From the human T2T-CHM13v2.0 reference genome, Homo sapiens: a stretch of DNA of 64,000 bases. Location of the stretch: assembly GCF_009914755.1 (NCBI RefSeq), contig NC_060943.1, one strand, 5' to 3'. This document shows positions 12,801 to 24,700 of the stretch, one piece after another (the stretch's first letter is position 1; each line of letters begins with the position of its first letter). The notes under the pieces were generated by a model. That model did not search any database and had not been told where the DNA came from. It saw nothing but the letters and a program-made list of their open reading frames with translations. A program made the position numbers and the translations under genes.

Positions 12801-15800
12801 AGGCTTTCGTTGGAAACGGGATTTCTTCATATTCTGCTAGAAAGAAGAATTCTCAGTAACTTCCTTGTGTTGTGTGTATTCAACTCACAGAGTTGAACGA
12901 TCCTTTACACAGAGCAGACTTGAAACACTCTTTTTGTGGAATTTGCAAGTGGAGATTTCAGCCGCTTTGAGGTCAATGGTAGAATAGGAAATATCTTCCT
13001 ATAGAAACTAGACAGAATGATTCTCAGAAACTCCTTTGTGATGTGTGCGTTCAACTCACACAGTTTAACCTTTCTTTTCATAGAGCAGTTAGGAAACACT
13101 CTGTTTGTAAAGTCTGCAAGTGGATATTCAGACCTCCTTGAGGCCTTCGTTGGAAACGGGATTTCTTCATATTATGCTAGACAGAAGAATTCTCAGTAAC
13201 TTCCTTGTGTTGTGTGTATTCAACTCACAGAGTTGAACGATCCTTTACACAGAGCAGACTTGAAACACTCTTTTTGTGGAATTTGCAAGTGGAGATTTCA
13301 GCCGCTTTGAGTTCAATGGTAGAATAGGAAATATCTTCCTATAGAAACTAGACAGAATGATTCTCAGAAACTCCTTTGTGATGTGTGCGTTCAACTCACA
13401 GAGTTCAACCTTTCTTTTCATAGAGCAGTTGGGAAACACTCTGTTTGTAAAGTCTGCAAGTGGATATTCAGACTTCTTTGAGGCCTTCGTTGGAAGCGGG
13501 ATTTCTTCATGTTCTGCTAGACAGAAGAATTCTCAGTAACTTCCTTGTGTTGTGTGTATTCAACTCAGAGAGTTGAACGATCCTTTACACAGAGCAGACT
13601 TGAAACACTCTTTTTGTGGAATTTGCAAGTGGAGATTTCAGCCGCTTTGAGGTCAATGGTAGAATAGGAAATATCTTCCTATAGAAACTAGACAGAATGA
13701 TTCTCAGAAACTCCTTTGTGATGTGTGCGTTCAACTCACAGAGTTTAACCTTTCTTTTCATAGAGCAGTTAGGAAACACTCTGTTTGTAAAGTCTGCAAG
13801 TGGATATTCAGACATCCTTGAGGCTTTCGTTGGAAACGGGATTTCTTCATATTCTGCTAGAAAGAAGAATTCTCAGTAACTTCCTTGTGTTGTGTGTATT
13901 CAACTCACAGAGTTGAACGATCCTTTACACAGAGCAGACTTGAAACACTCTTTTTGTGGAATTTGCAAGTGGAGATTTCAGCCGCTTTGAGGTCAATGGT
14001 AGAATAGGAAATATCTTCCTATAGAAACTAGACAGAATGATTCTCAGAAACTCCTTTGTGATGTGTGCGTTCAACTCACAGAGTTTAACCTTTCTTTTCA
14101 TAGCGCAGTTGGGAAACACTCTGTTTGTAAAGTCTGCAAGTGGATATTCAGACATCCTTGAGGCTTTCGTTGGAAACGGGATTTCTTCATATTCTGCTAG
14201 AAAGAAGAATTCTCAGTAACTTCCTTGTGTTGTGTGTATTCAACTCACAGAGTTGAACGATCCTTTACACAGAGCAGACTTGAAACACTCTTTTTGTGGA
14301 ATTTGCAAGTGGAGATTTCAGCCGCTTTGAGGTCAATGGTAGAATAGGAAATATCTTCCTATAGAAACTAGACAGAATGATTCTCAGAAACTCCTTTGTG
14401 ATGTGTGCGTTCAACTCACAGAGTTTAACCTTTCTTTTCATAGAGCAGTTGGGAAACACTCTGTTTGTAAAGTCTGCAAGTGGATATTCAGACATCCTTG
14501 AGACTTTCGTTGGAAACGGGATTTCTTCATATTCTGCTAGAAGGAAGAATTCTCAGTAACTTCCTTGTGTTGTGTGTATTCAACTCACAGAGTTGAACGA
14601 TCCTTTACACAGAGCAGACTTGAAACACTCTTTTTGCGGAATTTGCAAGTGGAGATTTCAGCCGCTTTGAGTTCAATGGTAGAATAGGAAATATCTTCCT
14701 ATAGAAACTAGACAGAATGATTCTCAGAAACTCCTTTGTGATGTGTGCGTTCAACTCACAGAGTTCAACCTTTCTTTTCATAGAGCAGTTGGGAAACACT
14801 CTGTTTGTAAAGTCTGCAAGTGGATATTCAGACTTCTTTGAGGCCTTCGTTGGAAGCGGGATTTCTTCATGTTCTGCTAGACAGAAGAATTCTCAGTAAC
14901 TTCCTTGTGTTGTGTGTATTCAACTCAGAGAGTTGAACGATCCTTTACACAGAGCAGACTTGAAACACTCTTTTTGTGGAATTTGCAAGTGGAGATTTCA
15001 GCCGCTTTGAGGTCAATGGTAGAATAGGAAATATCTTCCTATAGAAACTAGACAGAATGATTCTCAGAAACTCCTTTGTGATGTGTGCGTTCAACTCACA
15101 GAGTTTAACCTTTCTTTTCATAGAGCAGTTAGGAAACACTCTGTTTGTAAAGTCTGCAAGTGGATATTCAGACATCCTTGAGGCTTTCGTTGGAAACGGG
15201 ATTTCTTCATATTCTGCTAGAAAGAAGAATTCTCAGTAACTTCCTTGTGTTGTGTGTATTCAACTCACAGAGTTGAACGATCCTTTACACAGAGCAGACT
15301 TGAAACACTCTTTTTGTGGAATTTGCAAGTGGAGATTTCAGCCGCTTTGAGGTCAATGGTAGAATAGGAAATATCTTCCTATAGAAACTAGACAGAATGA
15401 TTCTCAGAAACTCCTTTGTGATGTGTGCGTTCAACTCACAGAGTTTAACCTTTCTTTTCATAGCGCAGTTGGGAAACACTCTGTTTGTAAAGTCTGCAAG
15501 TGGATATTCAGACATCCTTGAGGCTTTCGTTGGAAACGGGATTTCTTCATATTCTGCTAGAAAGAAGAATTCTCAGTAACTTCCTTGTGTTGTGTGTATT
15601 CAACTCACAGAGTTGAACGATCCTTTACACAGAGCAGACTTGAAACACTCTTTTTGTGGAATTTGCAAGTGGAGATTTCAGCCGCTTTGAGGTCAATGGT
15701 AGAATAGGAAATATCTTCCTATAGAAACTAGACAGAATGATTCTCAGAAACTCCTTTGTGATGTGTGCGTTCAACTCACAGAGTTTAACCTTTCTTTTCA

Positions 15801-18800
15801 TAGAGCAGTTGGGAAACACTCTGTTTGTAAAGTCTGCAAGTGGATATTCAGACATCCTTGAGACTTTCGTTGGAAACGGGATTTCTTCATATTCTGCTAG
15901 AAGGAAGAATTCTCAGTAACTTCCTTGTGTTGTGTGTATTCAACTCACAGAGTTGAACGATCCTTTACACAGAGCAGACTTGAAACACTCTTTTTGCGGA
16001 ATTTGCAAGTGGAGATTTCAGCCGCTTTGAGGTCAATGGTAGAATAGGAAATATCTTCCTATAGAAACTAGACAGAATGATTCTCAGAAACTCCTTTGTG
16101 ATGTGTGCGTTCAACTCACACAGTTTAACCTTTCTTTTCATAGAGCAGTTGGGAAACACTCTGTTTGTAAAGTCTGCAAGTGGATATTCAGACCTCCTTG
16201 CGGCCTTCGTTGGAAACGGGATTTCTTCATATTATGCTAGACAGAAGAATTCTCAGTAACTTCCTTGTGTTGTGTGTATTCAACTCACGGAGTTGAACGA
16301 TCCTTTACACAGAGCAGACTTGAAACACTCTTTTTGTGGAATTTGCAAGTGGAGATTTCAGCCGCTTTGAAGTCAATGGTAGAATAGGAAATATCTTCCT
16401 ATAGAAACTAGACAGAATGATTCTCAGAAACTCCTTTGTGATGTGTGCGTTCAACTCACACAGTTTAACCTTTCTTTTCATAGAGCAGTTAGGAAACACT
16501 CTGTTTGTAAAGTCTGCAAGTGGATATTCAGACCTCCTTGAGGCCTTCGTTGGAAACGGGATTTCTTCATATTCTGCTAGAAAGAAGAATTCTCAGTAAC
16601 TTCCTTGTGTTGTGTGAATTCAACTCACAGAGTTGAACGATCCTTTACACAGAGCAGACTTGAAACACTCTTTTTGTGGAATTTGCAAGTGGAGATTTCA
16701 GCCGCTTTGAGGTCAATGGTAGAATAGGAAATATCTTCCTATAGAAACTAGACAGAATGATTCTCAGAAACTCCTTTGTGATGTGTGCGTTCAACTCACA
16801 GAGTTTAACCTTTCTTTTCATAGAGCAGTTAGGAAACACTCTGTTTGTAAAGTCTGCAAGTGGATATTCAGACATCCTTGAGGCTTTCGTTGGAAACGGG
16901 ATTTCTTCATATTCTGCTAGAAAGAAGAATTCTCAGTAACTTCCTTGTGTTGTGTGTATTCAACTCACAGAGTTGAACGATCCTTTACACAGAGCAGACT
17001 TGAAACACTCTTTTTGTGGAATTTGCAAGTGGAGATTTCAGCCGCTTTGAGGTCAATGGTAGAATAGGAAATATCTTCCTATAGAAACTAGACAGAATGA
17101 TTCTCAGAAACTCCTTTGTGATGTGTGCGTTCAACTCACAGAGTTTAACCTTTCTTTTCATAGAGCAGTTGGGAAACACTCTGTTTGTAAAGTCTGCAAG
17201 TGGATATTCAGACATCCTTGAGGCTTTCGTTGGAAACGGGATTTCTTCATATTCTGCTAGAAAGAAGAATTCTCAGTAACGTCCTTGTGTTGTGTGTATT
17301 CAACTCACAGAGTTGAACGATCCTTTACACAGAGCAGACTTGAAACACTCTTTTTGTGGAATTTGCAAGTGGAGATTTCAGCCGCTTTGAGTTCAATGGT
17401 AGAATAGGAAATATCTTCCTATAGAAACTAGACAGAATGATTCTCAGAAACTCCTTTGTGATGTGTGCGTTCAACTCACAGAGTTCAACCTTTCTTTTCA
17501 TAGAGCAGTTGGGAAACACTCTGTTTGTAAAGTCTGCAAGTGGATATTCAGACTTCTTTGAGGCCTTCGTTGGAAGCGGGATTTCTTCATATTCTGCTAG
17601 ACAGAAGAATTCTCAGTAACTGCCTTGTGTTGTGTGTATTCAACTCACAGAGTTGAACGATCCTTTACACAGAGCAGACTTGAAACACTCTTTTTGTGGA
17701 ATTTGCAAGTGGAGATTTCAGCCGCTTTGAGGTCAATGGTAGAATAGGAAATATCTTCCTATAGAAACTAGACAGAATGATTCTCAGAAACTCCTTTGTG
17801 ATGTGTGCGTTCAACTCACAGAGTTTACCCTTTCTTTTCATAGAGCAGTTAGGAAACACTCTGTTTGTAAAGTCTGCAAGTGGATATTCAGACATCCTTG
17901 AGGCTTTCGTTGGAAACGGGATTTCTTCATATTCTGCTAGAAAGAAGAATTCTCAGTAACTTCCTTGTGTTGTGTGTATTCAACTCACAGAGTTGAACGA
18001 TCCTTTACACAGAGCAGACTTGAAACACTCTTTTTGTGGAATTTGCAAGTGGAGATTTCAGCCGCTTTGAGGTCAATGGTAGAATAGGAAATATCTTCCT
18101 ATAGAAACTAGACAGAATGATTCTCAGAAACTCCTTTGTGATGTGTGCGTTCAACTCACACAGTTTAACCTTTCTTTTCATAGAGCAGTTAGGAAACACT
18201 CTGTTTGTAAAGTCTGCAAGTGGATATTCAGACCTCCTTGAGGCCTTCGTTGGAAACGGGATTTCTTCATATTATGCTAGACAGAAGAATTCTCAGTAAC
18301 TTCCTTGTGTTGTGTGTATTCAACTCACAGAGTTGAACGATCCTTTACACAGAGCAGACTTGAAACACTCTTTTTGTGGAATTTGCAAGTGGAGATTTCA
18401 GCCGCTTTGAGTTCAATGGTAGAATAGGAAATATCTTCCTATAGAAACTAGACAGAATGATTCTCAGAAACTCCTTTGTGATGTGTGCGTTCAACTCACA
18501 GAGTTCAACCTTTCTTTTCATAGAGCAGTTGGGAAACACTCTGTTTGTAAAGTCTGCAAGTGGATATTCAGACTTCTTTGAGGCCTTCGTTGGAAGCGGG
18601 ATTTCTTCATGTTCTGCTAGACAGAAGAATTCTCAGTAACTTCCTTGTGTTGTGTGTATTCAACTCAGAGAGTTGAACGATCCTTTACACAGAGCAGACT
18701 TGAAACACTCTTTTTGTGGAATTTGCAAGTGGAGATTTCAGCCGCTTTGAGGTCAATGGTAGAATAGGAAATATCTTCCTATAGAAACTAGACAGAATGA

Positions 18801-21760
18801 TTCTCAGAAACTCCTTTGTGATGTGTGCGTTCAACTCACAGAGTTTAACCTTTCTTTTCATAGAGCAGTTAGGAAACACTCTGTTTGTAAAGTCTGCAAG
18901 TGGATATTCAGACATCCTTGAGGCTTTCGTTGGAAACGGGATTTCTTCATATTCTGCTAGAAAGAAGAATTCTCAGTAACTTCCTTGTGTTGTGTGTATT
19001 CAACTCACAGAGTTGAACGATCCTTTACACAGAGCAGACTTGAAACACTCTTTTTGTGGAATTTGCAAGTGGAGATTTCAGCCGCTTTGAGGTCAATGGT
19101 AGAATAGGAAATATCTTCCTATAGAAACTAGACAGAATGATTCTCAGAAACTCCTTTGTGATGTGTGCGTTCAACTCACAGAGTTTAACCTTTCTTTTCA
19201 TAGCGCAGTTGGGAAACACTCTGTTTGTAAAGTCTGCAAGTGGATATTCAGACATCCTTGAGGCTTTCGTTGGAAACGGGATTTCTTCATATTCTGCTAG
19301 AAAGAAGAATTCTCAGTAACTTCCTTGTGTTGTGTGTATTCAACTCACAGAGTTGAACGATCCTTTACACAGAGCAGACTTGAAACACTCTTTTTGTGGA
19401 ATTTGCAAGTGGAGATTTCAGCCGCTTTGAGGTCAATGGTAGAATAGGAAATATCTTCCTATAGAAACTAGACAGAATGATTCTCAGAAACTCCTTTGTG
19501 ATGTGTGCGTTCAACTCACAGAGTTTAACCTTTCTTTTCATAGAGCAGTTGGGAAACACTCTGTTTGTAAAGTCTGCAAGTGGATATTCAGACATCCTTG
19601 AGACTTTCGTTGGAAACGGGATTTCTTCATATTCTGCTAGAAGGAAGAATTCTCAGTAACTTCCTTGTGTTGTGTGTATTCAACTCACAGAGTTGAACGA
19701 TCCTTTACACAGAGCAGACTTGAAACACTCTTTTTGCGGAATTTGCAAGTGGAGATTTCAGCCGCTTTGAGGTCAATGGTAGAATAGGAAATATCTTCCT
19801 ATAGAAACTAGACAGAATGATTCTCAGAAACTCCTTTGTGATGTGTGCGTTCAACTCACACAGTTTAACCTTTCTTTTCATAGAGCAGTTGGGAAACACT
19901 CTGTTTGTAAAGTCTGCAAGTGGATATTCAGACCTCCTTGCGGCCTTCGTTGGAAACGGGATTTCTTCATATTATGCTAGACAGAAGAATTCTCAGTAAC
20001 TTCCTTGTGTTGTGTGTATTCAACTCACGGAGTTGAACGATCCTTTACACAGAGCAGACTTGAAACACTCTTTTTGTGGAATTTGCAAGTGGAGATTTCA
20101 GCCGCTTTGAAGTCAATGGTAGAATAGGAAATATCTTCCTATAGAAACTAGACAGAATGATTCTCAGAAACTCCTTTGTGATGTGTGCGTTCAACTCACA
20201 CAGTTTAACCTTTCTTTTCATAGAGCAGTTAGGAAACACTCTGTTTGTAAAGTCTGCAAGTGGATATTCAGACCTCCTTGAGGCCTTCGTTGGAAACGGG
20301 ATTTCTTCATATTCTGCTAGAAAGAAGAATTCTCAGTAACTTCCTTGTGTTGTGTGAATTCAACTCACAGAGTTGAACGATCCTTTACACAGAGCAGACT
20401 TGAAACACTCTTTTTGTGGAATTTGCAAGTGGAGATTTCAGCCGCTTTGAGGTCAATGGTAGAATAGGAAATATCTTCCTATAGAAACTAGACAGAATGA
20501 TTCTCAGAAACTCCTTTGTGATGTGTGCGTTCAACTCACAGAGTTTAACCTTTCTTTTCATAGAGCAGTTAGGAAACACTCTGTTTGTAAAGTCTGCAAG
20601 TGGATATTCAGACATCCTTGAGGCTTTCGTTGGAAACGGGATTTCTTCATATTCTGCTAGAAAGAAGAATTCTCAGTAACTTCCTTGTGTTGTGTGTATT
20701 CAACTCACAGAGTTGAACGATCCTTTACACAGAGCAGACTTGAAACACTCTTTTTGTGGAATTTGCAAGTGGAGATTTCAGCCGCTTTGAGGTCAATGGT
20801 AGAATAGGAAATATCTTCCTATAGAAACTAGACAGAATGATTCTCAGAAACTCCTTTGTGATGTGTGCGTTCAACTCACAGAGTTTACCCTTTCTTTTCA
20901 TAGAGCAGTTGGGAAACACTCTGTTTGTAAAGTCTGCAAGTGGATATTCAGACATCCTTGAGGCTTTCGTTGGAAACGGGATTTCTTCATATTCTGCTAG
21001 AAAGAAGAATTCTCAGTAACGTCCTTGTGTTGTGTGTATTCAACTCACAGAGTTGAACGATCCTTTACACAGAGCAGACTTGAAACACTCTTTTTGTGGA
21101 ATTTGCAAGTGGAGATTTCAGCCGCTTTGAGTTCAATGGTAGAATAGGAAATATCTTCCTATAGAAACTAGACAGAATGATTCTCAGAAACTCCTTTGTG
21201 ATGTGTGCGTTCAACTCACAGAGTTCAACCTTTCTTTTCATAGAGCAGTTGGGAAACACTCTGTTTGTAAAGTCTGCAAGTGGATATTCAGACTTCTTTG
21301 AGGCCTTCGTTGGAAGCGGGATTTCTTCATATTCTGCTAGACAGAAGAATTCTCAGTAACTGCCTTGTGTTGTGTGTATTCAACTCACAGAGTTGAACGA
21401 TCCTTTACACAGAGCAGACTTGAAACACTCTTTTTGTGGAATTTGCAAGTGGAGATTTCAGCCGCTTTGAGGTCAATGGTAGAATAGGAAATATCTTCCT
21501 ATAGAAACTAGACAGAATGATTCTCAGAAACTCCTTTGTGATGTGTGCGTTCAACTCACAGAGTTTACCCTTTCTTTTCATAGAGCAGTTAGGAAACACT
21601 CTGTTTGTAAAGTCTGCAAGTGGATATTCAGACATCCTTGAGGCTTTCGTTGGAAACGGGATTTCTTCATATTCTGCTAGAAAGAAGAATTCTCAGTAAC
21701 TTCCTTGTGTTGTGTGTATTCAACTCACAGAGTTGAACGATCCTTTACACAGAGCAGACT
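6801..21760 (+). repeat. SNV-defined super-repeat: 11-dimer (3740 bp) base unit with 15-dimer (5100 bp) variants
   Basis: Marker aacgtcc at 281, 7081, 12181, 17281 and 21021. The ordered dimer variants of 17001-20740 recur in 6801-11900 and 11901-17000 with four extra dimers each. Confidence 0.85.
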
Positions 21761-24700
21761 TGAAACACTCTTTTTGTGGAATTTGCAAGTGGAGATTTCA
21801 GCCGCTTTGAGGTCAATGGTAGAATAGGAAATATCTTCCTATAGAAACTAGACAGAATGATTCTCAGAAACTCCTTTGTGATGTGTGCGTTCAACTCACA
21901 GAGTTCAACCTTTCTTTTCATAGAGCAGTTGGGAAACACTCTGTTTGTAAAGTCTGCAAGTGGATATTCAGACTTCTTTGAGGCCTTCGTTGGAAGCGGG
22001 ATTTCTTCATGTTCTGCTAGACAGAAGAATTCTCAGTAACTGCCTTGTGTTGTGTGTATTCAACTCACAGAGTTGAACGATCCTTTACACAGAGCAGACT
22101 TGAAACACTCCTTTTGTGGAATTTGCAAGTTGAGATTTCAGCCGCTTTGAGGTCAATGGTAGAATAGGAAATATCTTCCTATAGAAAGTAGACAGAATGA
22201 TTCTCAGAAACTCCTTTGTGATGTGTGCGTTCAACTCACAGAGTTTAACCTTTCTTTTCATAGAGCAGTTAGGAAACACTCTGTTTGTAAAGTCTGCAAG
22301 TGGATATTCAGACATCCTTGAGGCTTTCGTTGGAAACGGGATTTCTTCATATTCTGCTAGAAAGAAGAATTCTCAGTAACTTCCTTGTGTTGTGTGTATT
22401 CAACTCACAGAGTTGAACGATCCTTTACACAGAGCAGACTTGAAACACTCTTTTTGTGGAATTTGCAAGTGGAGATTTCAGCCGCTTTGAGGTCAATGGT
22501 AGAATAGGAAATATCTTCCTATAGAAACTAGACAGAATGATTCTCAGAAACTCCTTTGTGATGTGTGCGTTCAACTCACAGAGTTTAACCTTTCTTTTCA
22601 TAGAGCAGTTAGGAAACACTCTGTTTGTAAAGTCTGCAAGTGGATATTCAGACATCCTTGAGGCTTTCGTTGGAAACGGGATTTCTTCATATTCTGCTAG
22701 AAAGAAGAATTCTCAGTAACTTCCTTGTGTTGTGTGTATTCAACTCACAGAGTTGAACGATCCTTTACACAGAGCAGACTTGAAACACTCTTTTTGTGGA
22801 ATTTGCAAGTGGAGATTTCAGCCGCTTTGAGGTCAATGGTAGAATAGGAAATATCTTCCTATAGAAAGTAGACAGAATGATTCTCAGAAACTCCTTTGTG
22901 ATGTGTGCGTTCAACTCACAGAGTTTAACCTTTCTTTTCATAGAGCAGTTGGGAAACACTCTGTTTGTAAAGTCTGCAAGTGGATATTCAGACATCCTTG
23001 AGGCTTTCGTTGTAAACGGGATTTCTTCATATTCTGCTAGAAAGAAGAATTCTCAGTAACTTCCTTGTGTTGTGTGTATTCAACTCACAGAGTTGAACGA
23101 TCCTTTACACAGAGCAGACTTGAAACACTCTTTTTGTGGAATTTGCAAGTGGAGATTTCAGCCGCTTTGAGTTCAATGGTAGAATAGGAAATATCTTCCT
23201 ATAGAAACTAGACAGAATGATTCTCAGAAACTCCTTTGTGATGTGTGCGTTCAACTCACAGAGTTTAACCTCTCTTTTCATAGAGCAGTTGGGAAACACT
23301 CTGTTTGTAAAGTCTGCAAGTGGATATTCAGACTTCTTTGAGGCCTTCGTTGGAAGCGGGATTTCTTCATGTTCTGCTAGACAGAAGAATTCTCAGAAAC
23401 TTCCTTGTGTTGTGTGTTTTCAACTCACAGAGTTGAACGATCCTTTACACAGAGCAGACTTGAAACACTCCTTTTGTGGAATTTGCACGTGGAGATTTCA
23501 GCCGCTTTGAGGTCAATGGTAGAATAGGAAATATCTTCCTATAGAAAGTAGACAGAATGATTCTCAGAAACTCCTTTGTGATGTGTGCGTTCAACTCACA
23601 GAGTTTAACCTTTCTTTTCATAGAGCAGTTAGGAAACACTCTGTTTGTAAAGTCTGCAAGTGGATATTCAGACCTCCTTGAGGCCTTCGTTGGAAACGGG
23701 ATTTCTTCATATTATGCTAGACAGAAGAATTCTCAGTAACTTCCTTGTGTTGTGTGTATTCAACTCACAGAGTTGAACGATCCTTTACACAGAGCAGACT
23801 TGAAACACTCTTTTTGTGGAATTTGCAAGTGGAGATTTCAGCCGCTTTGAGTTCAATGGTAGAATAGGAAATATCTTCCTATAGAAACTAGACAGAATGA
23901 TTCTCAGAAACTCCTTTGTGATGTGTGCGTTCAACTCACAGAGTTCAACCTTTCTTTTCATAGAGCAGTTGGGAAACACTCTGTTTGTAAAGTCTGCAAG
24001 TGGATATTCAGACTTCTTTGAGGCCTTCGTTGGAAGCGGGATTTCTTCATATTCTGCTAGACAGAAGAATTCTCGGTAACTTCCTTGTGTTGTGTGTATT
24101 CAACTCACAGAGTTGAAAGATCCTTTACACAGAGCAGACTTGAAACACTCTTTTTGTGGAATTTGCATGTGGAGATTTCAGCCGCTTTGAGGTCAATGGT
24201 AGAATTGGAAATATCTTCCTATAGAAACTAGACAGAATGATTCTCAGAAACTCCTTTGTGATGTGTGCGTTCAACTCACAGAGTTTAACCTTTCTTTTCA
24301 TAGAGCAGTTAGGAAACACTCTGTTTGTAAAGTCTGCAAGTGGATATTCAGACCTCCTTGAGGCCTTCGTTGGAAACGGGATTTCTTCATATTATGCTAG
24401 ACAGAAGAATTCTCAGTAACTTCCTTGTGTTGTGTGTATTCAACTCACAGAGTTGAACGATCCTTTACACAGAGCAGACTTGAAACACTCTTTTTGTGGA
24501 ATTTGCAAGTGGAGATTTCAGCCGCTTTGAGGTCAATGGTAGAATAGGAAATATCTTCCTATAGAAACTAGACAGAATGATTCTCAGAAACTCCTTTGTG
24601 ATGTGTGCGTTCAACTCACAGAGTTCAACCTTTCTTTTCATAGAGCAGTTGGGAAACACTCTGTTTGTAAAGTCTGCAAGTGGATATTCAGACTTCTTTG

